NCBI RefSeq assembly: GCF_902652985.1
Contig: NC_047019.1
Coordinates: 18,600,001-18,664,000, forward strand
Length of the DNA: 64,000 nucleotides
Source: Pecten maximus
Lineage: Eukaryota
Reading direction: 5' to 3'
Position numbers and translations under genes: made by a program. Under the pieces are notes generated by a model. The model was not told the DNA's origin, did not search any database, and worked only from the letters and a program-made list of their open reading frames with translations. Shown piece after piece: positions 25,163-40,142 of this stretch. Each line of letters opens with the position of its first letter. Positions within the stretch are counted from its first letter, which is position 1.

Positions 25163-26838
25163 ATGTCTAATGTATTATACACCCCTTTCATATTTAAAGA
25201 ACATGTCCTTAGTGAATCGACAGCTAGATGTTGAGCTAGAGTTGGAATAGAAATGTGATGGTGAAGGATATGCGTTTCTTGAATGTAAAGAAATACTTAG
25301 AACCCGGTAGCTATTCTAGGAAGCGGGGATTGTCTTTACTTAAATGTATGGACTCCAACTATTAACAGTAGTGCTAATTTGTACGTAATGGTCTGGATCC
25401 ACGGGGTAGGATAACAAAAAATCTAACTCCAATTTGTCTCCTTATTGCACTGCAGATGAGCTAGCAAGTGCCACTAATATAGTTTATGTGGGTATGAACT
25501 GCCGCCTCAACGCGTTTGGTTTTATGGCCCTGACCATGTTATCAGAACAGTCTCCGACCAACACCTCTGGTAACTACGGATTCATGGACCAAATCCTGGC
25601 CCTCAGATGGGTTCGGGATAATGTCAGGAACTTTGGTGGAAACCCAGATTCAGTACGTGATCCATTGCTGTTCATCATTAAAATATACAAATTGATTAAC
25701 CATCAGATGAAAAGAAATGAAGTATGTATAATATGATTACCAAATATACAAAAAGACTGGTTTAATTAACAAAAGCGTATACAGATATATATACATATAA
25801 TATGTGGCGGTATTACGAGGGTGGCGATAGTGTCGAACTGTGAAATTAACAACCATTGTATAGGAGTTTGCATCACCAACGTTTTAATACAATCTGAGTA
25901 CTGTATCAACAACATGTGTTGTATTGATTATAATACATAAACAATTTCCTTAATTTTGTGTTTATAGGATTACCTGTACGAGAAAAGCTCGGTGTAATAA
26001 CACGTTACATGACTTACAATGTCATTATACATAATGTAGATTCGTTAGTCAGTTATTCTTCACATTCTTGTATAAGGTTAAGATGACACAAATTTGATTT
26101 CTGGAGATAGTTATTGATCTGCTTTTGTCGTATGCCAGCCGTTACTATCTGTCAAACTGTATGCGAAGGTATTCGGCAGTGGCTATTCCACCTCAACCGA
26201 CGAAGCCAAACGTTCATACCATACACATAAGACCACAAGGTGATTAGAAATCAGTCATACCTTTATTCCAACCATACAATCAGTGTCGGTTGATGGTGCA
26301 ATAGCTGTTGTAGACGCTAAATACCACATATTTGCTTAGTTTTATGGTTTTCGTTTGTTCATTTTGTTTTCGCTCTAAATATAACTGACCGTTATATTCC
26401 TGTGATTTTGTTTGCCCCCTGGTAACCCCCCTATATTTATTGTTCAAACAGAAAATGCCGTAATATGCTTATTTAATAGGTTCAATTACCTTTTCCGGCG
26501 GTATTCTTTTATCTCAAAACAACCTCTACCATTTGTTAACACGTACAGAGAATCATATAATTACTAACATCAATTAATATTTAAACACATGCTGGAAAAA
26601 TGATATCGCTCTTTTTGAATATTTAAAATCAAAATAAACAAAGGCTAAATGTTTCACTTATTCAGATCTTTTATAAATATGTTGCCTTCCATAAATCATG
26701 GCTATACACTTTCACTTAAAACAATTTTGTGAAAAATGAAATATTGAATCACTGCCTTGCTGGGGCCTAGGAGATGCTGTAACGTGTCCTCCTTACCAGG
26801 CCTGGAAAAAAAGTATCACTATAAACGTCCCATTATTA
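25163..26838 (+). pseudogene. Decayed carboxylesterase relic (copy 0)
   Basis: Remnant start atgtctaatgtattatacac at 25163. Exon 1 has internal deletions and ends at 25652. Only the end of exon 2 survives (~26290-26316), with its donor changed from gt to ct. An exon 3 remnant lies at 26771-26838. The GQSSG region and exon 4 are missing. Confidence 0.9.
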
Positions 26839-26872
26839 GAAATAAATGGCAGCAGCTCTTTATCATATAGTT

Positions 26873-27401
26873 CGAAGCACGAGGGGAAAATATCGAAATA
26901 TTCTGTCATACGACTGCAATATTAAACGCGAAACCTTCAATTTTCTTTTTATTGCATTTTCATATACAAAATGTACATAAAAACAAAATTTAAAACATTG
27001 AAAAGAACGGGAATTCATGACGTAACCTCTTTGTGACGTTACTATACGTCGCCTTAGCGGCGCCGTTTTCAATGGACTGATCAACGCAATTTAAGCGTTT
27101 TCTGCTGTTATCGGATAATCTATGCATGTATAGCTAACATCAAGTTAGTATTTTGTCAAAAAGTTCAGAAATACAGCAAAATAACTGATTTATCTATCTT
27201 CGCTTCGATTGAAAAAATCGGGCAAGTTTCAATGTGGTGAATACAAAGGTTCGCTCTGATTGGTCAAAAACGAAAAACTTATATTTTCACTGCAAAATCG
27301 TATATTTTCAAGGATTATCGCTGCAGTGAAAATATCAGTTTTATTAGTTTGATAAATTTCTATATTTCACTGGCAAAAATTTCAATAAAAGAAAATATTA
27401 C
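26873..27401. mobile_element. Non-autonomous interspersed repeat, 5'-truncated copy (same family as 42440-43157 and 54281-54952)
   Basis: Aligns end to end with the other two copies (cgaagcacgag...tgtgacgttact...tttcactggcaaaaat). Confidence 0.75.
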
Positions 27402-29206
27402 ACTTCTACTTCTTATATTACACTTTGTGTCACACATTGTTCCTACTAAGGGCATCAATACTTCTAGAGTAACTTTGACATACGGTGTTAATGTTTGATT
27501 TCAAATGACTGAAAGTTTGGTTGAATTGACATTATCAAGTATTTATACAAAGAACATCAAAACGTTTAGGATAACTTTGACTTGCGATCTAAATATTTTA
27601 TTTAAAGTGACTAAAATGTTTGATAAATTGACGTGATCAAGTATTCCTTTTACATATCGTATAACAGGACATATCAAACTGATTAATTGAATAAATTGCA
27701 TATGAAATTGACTCTCATGTACATATTGTAGATAGAGAGTAAGCGTGCATTGAAGGACATTAGATGTTTAAAAAAAAATCTTAAAGAAAAAAGTGTTCAG
27801 CTTATTATGTTAAATAAAATAAGGTTTTCTGTTGTAAGTCAATGAAAGAAGCAATACAATTATATACTATAACAAATATGTATAGTTTCAGCGTATTTCA
27901 GTTGATATCCATATCCTCCATGAATTCTAAATACATATTAAAATGAATTCAATCTTTTCTAAATTAAAATAAATTATCTCATGATAATGACGTTAAACTC
28001 ATTAAATCATAAAACCCAATCTCTCATTGAAAAAGTTCAGATAATACCGATGTTATAGAAGAAATTAGTGAAACAGTTTTAAGCTCTTAACATTTTAGGA
28101 TGAAACAAAATATTTGGTATATGAGTGTATTCAGTAATTTATTGCCAGCCAATTGTTTCAAAATACCATTACCTGTTCTTTACAGATGTACAAATTCATG
28201 AGCAATCCTTAAAGACCAATAACCTGGAAAGTCCTGTTATGCCGATCGACTTCAGATCAGTATTCATATTATGTACAAATGTACAGGTTGACATGATATT
28301 GTCATTTATATGTAATGGGAATGGCACCAATTAATACTGTCATATTGTGTTTACCCTGCGTGGTTATATTGTGTTTATGAAGGTTATTATAATCCAGACT
28401 GTGATGTATTATAATAATTAATCTCATGCGACAAGTCTGTAACGAACACGTGTTCCAATATCGACACGATTTCGTGCCTCGTTTATCAAGGGAAAGTCAC
28501 CTGTTATTGATCTCACATTGTTAAATATACCGAGATCTTCACTCTAAACATGTATTGTATCCAAGTCTTAATGAATTTTGATGTTGTAACATCGCAACAT
28601 AACGATATATGTGTTTGAAATGTAAAACAGTTCTGTGTATTGAAACTATGTACGAGCAGACGTGAGTTGCAACGATTGTTATGATATCTTCTTTTTCTAT
28701 AAATGCATGTTGACTCTCATAAAGATTGTTCAGCGTCGGAAGAGTTTATCATACATGTCATGTGTATTCCATTTAAACATACATTATGTCATTTTATAGT
28801 CCGTTAGAGGCTTTAGTTATCTCAGAAAATAGGGTTCGTCTTCACCGGCAGCCATTATTGTTTATAGTTTCGGAACCTTTCTAGAGTTATTTACTTCATA
28901 TTTATTCGAGTCTCTCGGGTGTTATTCATGTTAATATAAGAGCTCGAGGAATGTATCGTGCTAGTATTCTCCAGCGTTTTCATTAGTTAAAGCTCTCCAT
29001 AAGTTGAGAGCCGGGAGATACGAACGCTCAGTGTCATTCCGACCTCACTCGAGTAGCCTACCCGAAGCAGTTTTTGAGTGCAGATTCGCAGAGTTCCTGA
29101 TAGACTATGGACTTTAAAGCAGAGGAGAAGGTAGGGTGCCAGCTGATAAAAGGGTACTCGAGTTAAAACAATGTAATTTAGGAACAGTAGTCCAGTCAGA
29201 AGATAT

Positions 29207-29557
<351 letters not shown>

Positions 29558-31973
29558 TTATTATATTATATAAAAAATACACACGTTATTTAAGAACATC
29601 TTTAATTATTTCTATATCACTATTAATTAAAGGGAGACAACTCCCTTGTTTCAAACACAACTGTTACTGCATCATATTGTGCGACATCTCCATTTGATTG
29701 ATATTGATTGCATGTATTATTAATAAATGTTCAGATTGTATCTTTATATCATTTGTTGAGTTATTTCATGGAGTAAGCCACAAGCCAACCACCAGACGGA
29801 TCTGTACAAATAAATTTATACAATCCGCCGTCAGGAAAGATGCTCGGTCGGACGACTAGACTGTTTTAAGTCGGGGGCACCTGACGGTCGGCATTGCAGT
29901 CCCCATTCATAAAAGCGTCTTCGATGGATAAATAACACCATATGTGGAGATAAGAACTTTCAGTAAGTGTACACTTCATTTGATGACGATATACGACAAG
30001 GCTGGTCACTGTCAATTCAATACTGATATCATAAATAGAATTAGGCTTTATGGTTTTGGTCTATATGTTATAACAGATGCTAAAGTTTCAGATCTTGTAT
30101 AATAATTGATTTTGAAAATTCTTTACAAATCACTTAGAGGCTGGTGGTCAGTTTAATACAGGACTATCTATTTTAACAGGCATATACATTTTCCTCGTTT
30201 ATAGCCAATATAATAAAGCAGTTTTATAGAAATGGAACAACGCCATGTGGGAAAGAACTATGTCTGTCCAGCAATAAGTAGAAGTCACATCAGGCGGCCC
30301 GTACGATTTCTCTCCCATAGAAAATGAAAATGGTAAGCTGTGAATCAAACAAGAAAGTAAAGAATTTTCTCGTTTACAGAGAAGTGCCAAAGATTCCCGA
30401 ATGATACCGAAACTTGACGGAATTGACCGAAATGCCTGTCATTTCGTTTGGGACAATGCCTAGCCGTCATAACAAAATTAAGAAGCATATGATTAAGATG
30501 ATTATTCAATTTGTTCACGATATTAACGATCTACATATGTATAAATCCTTTAGACTTCTAATATTATCATATGTTTGTTTTCATTTCTAAACATCACCTT
30601 AACATTTCCTGGGTAAAAAAAAGGATAAGCTACTGGTGGATACCATTTACAATTTCCCGAGATAAACGGCAAGATAAAAGATCATTACTTGCAATGGTTG
30701 TCTATATTGCAATGAAAACAACTGTTTCCTTAAGAATTCCCCTCTGTAGAGTTGAGATTACCATGTCTCATTCAACAGGGCAGAAAAATAATATATTACT
30801 TTTTTATTAAGTAGTCTTTTCTGTGGACAACAAGATTGAAAGAGATTAAAGACTAAATAAGTGTCAGCTGTCTTTCCTTCGTTGTTGTAAGATACGATGT
30901 CCTAGCTCCAAATAGCTACTAGTTCATATCCTTACTCCAAATGTATTTAAAGGATTATTTTGCTCATACCCTGAATGCCAGCTTATTTATCTTATGCTGG
31001 CGTTTCCCTGATGTGAGACAATGATGACAAGACTTGATCAAATTGTTGACGTGACGATTCTGTATTTCTACCATGACGCCGTTCAATGGCTTTGGAAAAA
31101 AAACTGCATAGGGTGAGAAAAGAAATGTTACAATGGTAACAGTGCCGACACATCTATCTAGGACAAGATCAATAAAAAGACAATGATTCGGGCAGAAAAC
31201 AACTTTTATTTTTTTGCAAACAAGAGATAGGACAAAATAATATAAATAGACGGTAATATAACATTTGATTATTAGCATAAAAGGTAATACAGTGCTCTTT
31301 AAAAAGTCACACTTCATGCACAGCCTGCGACTGTAAACAACTTGTAGTGGAGGATAATTTTATTTTGATGTTATTAACTTTTTATTGTGTTTTTTATCTT
31401 CATAAGTTTGACAATTCTTGATATCCATTGTTTGCATCACCCAGTAGATTTGTCAATGATTAGTGTATTTTACAATTCATTTGCACTTATTACAGCATGT
31501 TTAGAGTAACAATCATTACTGCATATTGTCTAGTGCAAAGAGTTACATATTTCCATATCCATGGCATTATTCTATGTACGTGTTGCTTACTTAGCTCATA
31601 GATAAGGCGTACCTATGCGGCTCAGTACAATTCGAATCTGCGTTTGTGATTGATATTTGTTTACTCAAACAGACTGTAAATTAACTGGTATATATGTCTA
31701 AATACATTGTTTGTTAGGCATATAAGATATAATCATATACTGGCATGCGTAAAGGATTCGGTAATATTCTCACTATTTATTTCATGCTATTCGACAAAAA
31801 TCAATACACAAATATAAATGGAGACAACGTGTTTGGCACAGGAAGACAACAGTAGGTCATACTTGCCAGTGATAAGCTAACCCTGTACTACTCCATGTCA
31901 TTGTACAGTCAGATAAAGAAAGGAACAAAGTACATAAACACATAACCTCATGAAGGCCGAACAAACAAGGGCT

Positions 31974-34900
31974 ATGTCTCATGTATTTTATACTTTCGTC
32001 GTCGTAATATTTTGTAAAGATGTCATCAGCGAACCGACAGCTATAGTAGAAACGCATTGTGGACTCGTGGAAGGAAAATATAATGGTGACGGATATGCCT
32101 TTCGTGGCATTCCATACTCACTGCCGCCCACCGGAAGTAGACGATGGAAGCCGCCTGTTCCACTCAACAAGGCGTCTGGAAACTGTTGGGATGGAACATT
32201 CCAGGCTTTTAACTATGGAAATACATGTATGCAGAGAAATCCGGAGAACCCGTCAGCTATTCTAGGAAGTGAGGATTGTCTTTACCTCAATGTATGGACA
32301 CCAACTATTAATAGTAGTGCTAATCTACATGTAATGGTCTGGATCCACGGAGGAAGTTTACAAGAATCTAACGCGAATTGGCCTACTTATTGCCCGTCAG
32401 AGGAGCTAGCACGTGACACTAACATAGTTTATGTGGGTATGAACTACCGCCTCAACGCGTTTGGTTTTATGGCCCTGACAATGTTATCAGAACAGTCTCC
32501 GACCAAGACTTCCGGTAACTACGGATTCATGGACCAAATTCTGGCCCTCAGATGGGTTCGGGATAATGTCAGGAACTTTGGTGGAAACCCAGATTCAGTA
32601 CGTATGCTATTTTGTTAAAAGCAGTTTTTACAACTTCAAATGATATAACCAATTGATATAGACTTTAAAGCTGACAGTGCAAGTTAAAAAGCATCCAATT
32701 GAGATTAAAAAAAATAATACATGTACAGATTTCCAAAAATCGTTTCCGAGACATCCCCCAATTATGGTTGTGTCGTATCTAAGGACGGGCAGACATTTTA
32801 GTTTTTTGTTATGCGTGGATACGAGCCGCTATAAAAGCGCGTGCGTTCATTGAGACAAGTATCAGTCTATCGATACATGCGCATAGCAACACATCTCTCC
32901 ATTATACATAGTATACGCAACACAAACTATTTGGGCCCCAACAAAACATGTACGTAATGAAATTATAAACAGAGTAAATATGAGTAAATTCCTACCTGAG
33001 TCTTTCCAGTGGGATATGCAGCAAGAACAACTTTACAATTGTTACATCATTATATCCATAGTTTCCATCGAAATAATTTCCGTGTCTTCGTATTATTTGT
33101 GCACGTGTCATAACGCAATTAAAGCGTGATAAAACCGCACAGCAGCCCTAGTGTAGTGTAGACAACAGGAAAACATCCGAGGAGTGCTAGTGCAGGATAC
33201 GAGTAAAAATCGGAACTCCTCGGACTGTTTACTTGTTATGAAAATGGCTGCACCCACGAAAAACACGTGAGAAGATGGATAGAGTATTTGGGATTAATTC
33301 GTTATGCATCTTCAAGCATTTGTTTGGAGACTTTATTTTCAACAAGATTTGAAAGATAACTGAGAGACACTGACCATCTTTCTGTTCAGGTTACAGGTAA
33401 GGGCTTCTGTTCGGTGTCGTTCGCGAATACAGTTGTAGGTCACGTGGTGTACAGATATAGTGTAGAAGATACAGGTGTGTCACCGTGAACACTTGAGGTT
33501 AGAGTGAATGCGAGTGTGACGAAGCACGTTCTTTTTATAGCAGCGGCGGCTTGGTTGTATCCACGCATAACAAAAAAGAAAAATGTCTGCCCGTCCTTAG
33601 ATACGACACTACCATAACTGGGGATTGTCTCGGAAACGATTTTTGGAAATCTGTACATGTATATTTTTTTTTATTTCAATTGGATGCTTTTTAACTTGCA
33701 CTGTCATCTTTAAGGCAAATTTTAGAATTAACTTGCATAATAATATTATCTAAATGTTACTTAAAATGCTAAAAGCTCAATATAACGATATATAAGTCTA
33801 TACTTCATAAAATAATTTATACTGTTATAAGTGATTATTACGCTTTGTTTTAGTTTCTGATTTCCCACTGTAATTAATCAATATATCTCATATCTGATCT
33901 TTTATAGAAAGACGAAAACGTGTTTAGATCTTTGTTGTCCCCCTTAGTCCAATGAACATTCAATTACATTTTAATCTATTTAAGAGCAATGAACGTATTT
34001 CTTGTAATAACAATTCCATAATTTTGAGAGGAGTACCTTGGATCAAACTGAGATTTGACGAGGGCTCCTAGCGCACGTAAATGAAATTTTCACAAACGAC
34101 AAAAAAGTTCTCTATCTTCCAATTACATCATATCTACATTATGTATTAATTTTTATAAAACTTGACAATTTCTAATTGCATTTCTTCTCCTTTTCAGCAT
34201 ATCATTTCGAATAAATCTGGGTTTTTTTTCTCTCTTAGATTTGATGTTTACTGGTATTTGTAACACCTTTCACTAGGTCACACTTTTTGGACAAAGCTCT
34301 GGAGGAACTAGTATAATCGCATTATTGGCTTCGGAACCAGCCAGAGGTTTGTTCCACAAAGCGTGGATGCTTAGCGCCTCAGCAGTCTTCAACAAAACAT
34401 CCCATGACGCTTCAACAGATAATCTTGTCTTCGTGAAAAACACCGGATGTATAAATGTCTCGTGTCTATATGCCCTTCCTGGCCCAGAAGTCATAAAAGC
34501 TGTACCATGGGATGTGTTTCCATATTGGGGAATGACTGACCAAGGTGATCTTCCAACAAACAACCACTTTGATGGTGCAATAGCTGTTGTAGACGGTAAA
34601 TATTATTCCCTTCGTTTATTTGTTTTACGATTTCCGTTTGTTTATTTTGTTATCGCTTCCAACAAAACCTATGTTTACATTTTTACTATTTCATTTACTC
34701 ACATGCTTATTCTATGGATACAATTGATACTTCTTACGATGTTCTTTCTAAACTTATTATCTATTATCTATACCTATTAGCAGCAATTGATACTTGACTA
34801 CATGTTTGCTATATAATATCGTTAGTTTGAACGTTAAGAAACTAATATGTATAAAGGTTTGTCAAGATTGAATGTTTGAAGACACGAGATTTTCAATTAT

Positions 34901-35994
34901 CTAACTCTTTTATAAATGCATTGTCTGTCATAAATTATCGCTCCAATGAGAAATTATGTTATGGAAAATGAAATATTGAATCACTGCCTTGTTGGTGCCT
35001 AGGAGATGCTGTCACTTATCCTCCTTACCAGGCCTGGCAAAAAGGTATCGCTATAGATGTTCCATTGCTGATTGGTGAGTTCCTATGCTACAGGTACAAT
35101 TGTCATGTGATATGTCAAGACTTAACTACGAGAGGCAGCAAAACATGTGAACAAAATATTGAAAATATGTCACCGAAAGTTTAGCATTTGCAACAAATAT
35201 CTAAGTCATCTAATAATTGATCAAATATAATAGATATTGAGGTAACATAAATATTAAGTTTATTTACTGAGATAGTTTGTATAAAATCATTATCGATAAT
35301 ACCGATAATTCATTTTCCGAATGATATATGATCCCATTTTGTATATTTAGCCAAATTATGCGTACTGATGTCGGTGTATATTTTTGCAGGTACTACTGCG
35401 AATGAGATTGATTTTGATCCAACCCATCTGACAATGAACACGTGGAACTGGACGGAGTACCAAGGCCAAGTTCAAAGCCATTTAGGGACGTTCGGGTCTG
35501 GTTTAGCTGATGATGCATTGAAATTGTACCCAATTAATGTAACGTCAGCGGAATATGAGTACACACGAATGGGTGCAGACATTCGAGTTGGTTGTCCGAA
35601 TGACAAAATGTCTAAAGCTATCAGTATGGGTATGAAATCACCGGCATATAGATACGTCGTGACGTCACAGCCTTCAGAACCTGTTCACATATTAGGGATG
35701 CCTTTTCCGTCATCGTATTCCTTCCATATGTGGGACATGTTTGCATATTTTGATACAATCAAAGACTATATCAAGCCACCAACTCCCTCTGATCGACGAT
35801 TTCAAGAGATGGTCAGACGGGAAGTTCTTTCTTTTGTTCGTACCGGTGCACCCTCTACCTCAGACTGGCAGCCATATTCACAAGGCGTGACCGCACTTCT
35901 GTCTGAGGACGTTTCCGTTGTTAAACAATACAAGAGTAAAACATGTTTATTATGGTCCATGAATGGTTTGCTAGAGTACGGATGGATAAACTAA
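31974..35994 (+). CDS. Secreted type-B carboxylesterase (para-nitrobenzyl esterase-like), copy 1, type A, intact; exons 31974-32597, 34277-34595, 35003-35074, 35390-35994; 539 aa (547 aa from upstream ATG 31950)
   Basis: Hydrophobic N-terminus, then [56 protein letters not shown] (catalytic Ser), LIGTTANE (Glu) and FHMWD (His). GT-AG introns with phases 0,1,1; no ER-retention signal. Confidence 0.95.
32669..33709. mobile_element. Non-autonomous DNA transposon (Kolobok-like MITE), 1041 bp, ~165-bp TIRs, TTAA target-site duplication
   Basis: TTAA(32665-68)|AGCTGACAGTGCAAGTT...AACTTGCACTGTCATCT|TTAA(33710-13). The empty site is visible in paralogous introns at ~46031 and ~57909. A TTAA duplication with AG..CT ends fits Kolobok rather than piggyBac (CCY ends). 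Confidence 0.9.
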
Positions 35995-36122
35995 TGTATA
36001 AACATATCTGTAAACATGCTTCTCGATATATGCAATTGCAAGTAATATGATCTATCTCAACTGTTAATGTACGATTTGAATTTATTTAAAACTCACTTCA
36101 AATGAAATGAATTTACTTGTTT

Positions 36123-36128
36123 AATAAA
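36123..36128 (+). terminator. Candidate poly(A) signal AATAAA of esterase copy 1 (paralogue at 48231-48236)
   Basis: About 130 nt after the stop codon and conserved behind copy 3. Confidence 0.5.
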
Positions 36129-37699
36129 TTTATCACCATACGAACCTTCTATATTGTTTCTTAGTTTATATTACAAAACCTGCGATGTTTCACCGATGAC
36201 CCCCTCCATCGATACCTGGAAATCGGGATAATAGGAGCAAGTTTTAGGATATCGAACTAACTAGGAGATTCAAACATTATATGTCGAGGAGGCAGGGAGG
36301 CTATTATCTAAAAACACCTTATCATAAATTATTTGCAAGCTGTTCCTCCTGATTAGCTGTATGTTAAGATCGAGATAAGCAGCTGATGTTGTGGTGTTCG
36401 TAGTTTCTCTGATTCCAAATTCTACAGGATTTATTCGATCTACATTGTCAATTAAGTTTTTGTTATTCCTTAAGATAACACATCGTCAACATCAATGTAT
36501 TTTTAGATGAAATTGTCGGAATATGCAAGATCTATACTATCTGTTCTGATAGGTTCTTCAATGCATTCAGCCTCGAATGAAAACAACAAAACCATTTCGG
36601 CCATAAACAGGGTACAGCTCGTTACCAAGGATATGCCAATAGTATGTCGGATAATATGAATATCAAATTCAATGATTATGTTGACGCTCAGAAATTAAAT
36701 CCTTCTCAGGATTTCATTTTCTGATTATTTTCTATGAGCCGTAGTCCAGTATGTGTCACAACTAGGTACATATACCACCGTTTACCAATCATAAAAAGGA
36801 AGGCTTTCATTACATGCGAATGAAGGCGTCCCTTAAAATTGGAATGGGTGGTTGTAGTGTTAAAAGTGGAATTATCAAACAATCTGATACATTAAACATT
36901 TTAGGAGCAAGATTGACCAAAAGCTAAATATCCACATTCCATTGATTCCACTCCTATCGTTTAAAGGCTCCACCCCTTACTTGATTGTACTGAAAGTTGT
37001 ATTTAGAAAAAGTTGATGAAGAAAAACCTTCGAGCAAGCAATACAACATTACTTTAGAAAACAATATAAACGAAGTAGTTCAACGTACTTTTGATTAGTT
37101 TTGAGAGTGGCTGATCAGTTTTGTGTCTTTAAATAGAGTTACTAATGTGTAGATAGGGTTTGCCTGGTTATCAAGCAAGTCTAGGTATTGTGAATACTGT
37201 AGTTATTTCAGACAAGGATCTCATTGTTCGATACCTCATTGACAGGCACACTTATAAATTTGTCATATACATTTGTAAATCGTTAAATGTGATTTAGGTG
37301 TTGGGATGATATACAACTTATGTTAGATAGCTTACTTAACAGACTGTATACTTTACATTTTCATGTTTACACATACCTTATGTGTTCAGCTAATATGATA
37401 AAATATATCCGATCGTTTTTGAGCGACGCGTACCAGATAAAGGACTGGTAACATTGTATCTTCCTCTGTTGTTTTCACGGTTCAGTTATTTTGTGTATCA
37501 TTTTTTTATCAAACCGATAAACAAATACATAGGTAAACGATATTTGGTTTTTTGACTGGTTATTACGTGTAGAGTACAGATGGACAAGGTTAGGTTAGAC
37601 TGTCTTGTGATAAACTAACGCGTTGCAACTCCACGTCCTTGTGAGTTTAGATAATGATAAGAACAAAGTACATGCAGACATCACCTTATCCAGAGCGAA

Positions 37700-40142
<2,443 letters not shown>

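Noticed and set aside
28787-29170. Possible solo LTR (TG...CA)
   Set aside because: No convincing target-site duplication or terminal inverted repeat, and no second copy.
32059-32265. Recurrent alternative-frame ORF MDSWKENIMV... and antisense ORFs in each esterase copy
   Set aside because: They recur only because the exons are near-identical duplicates; no independent evidence of coding.
35508-35540. ctgatga..gaaa hammerhead-like core in esterase exon 4
   Set aside because: No stem I or II pairing; coincidental coding sequence not conserved in other copies (ctgagga, ctgacga).
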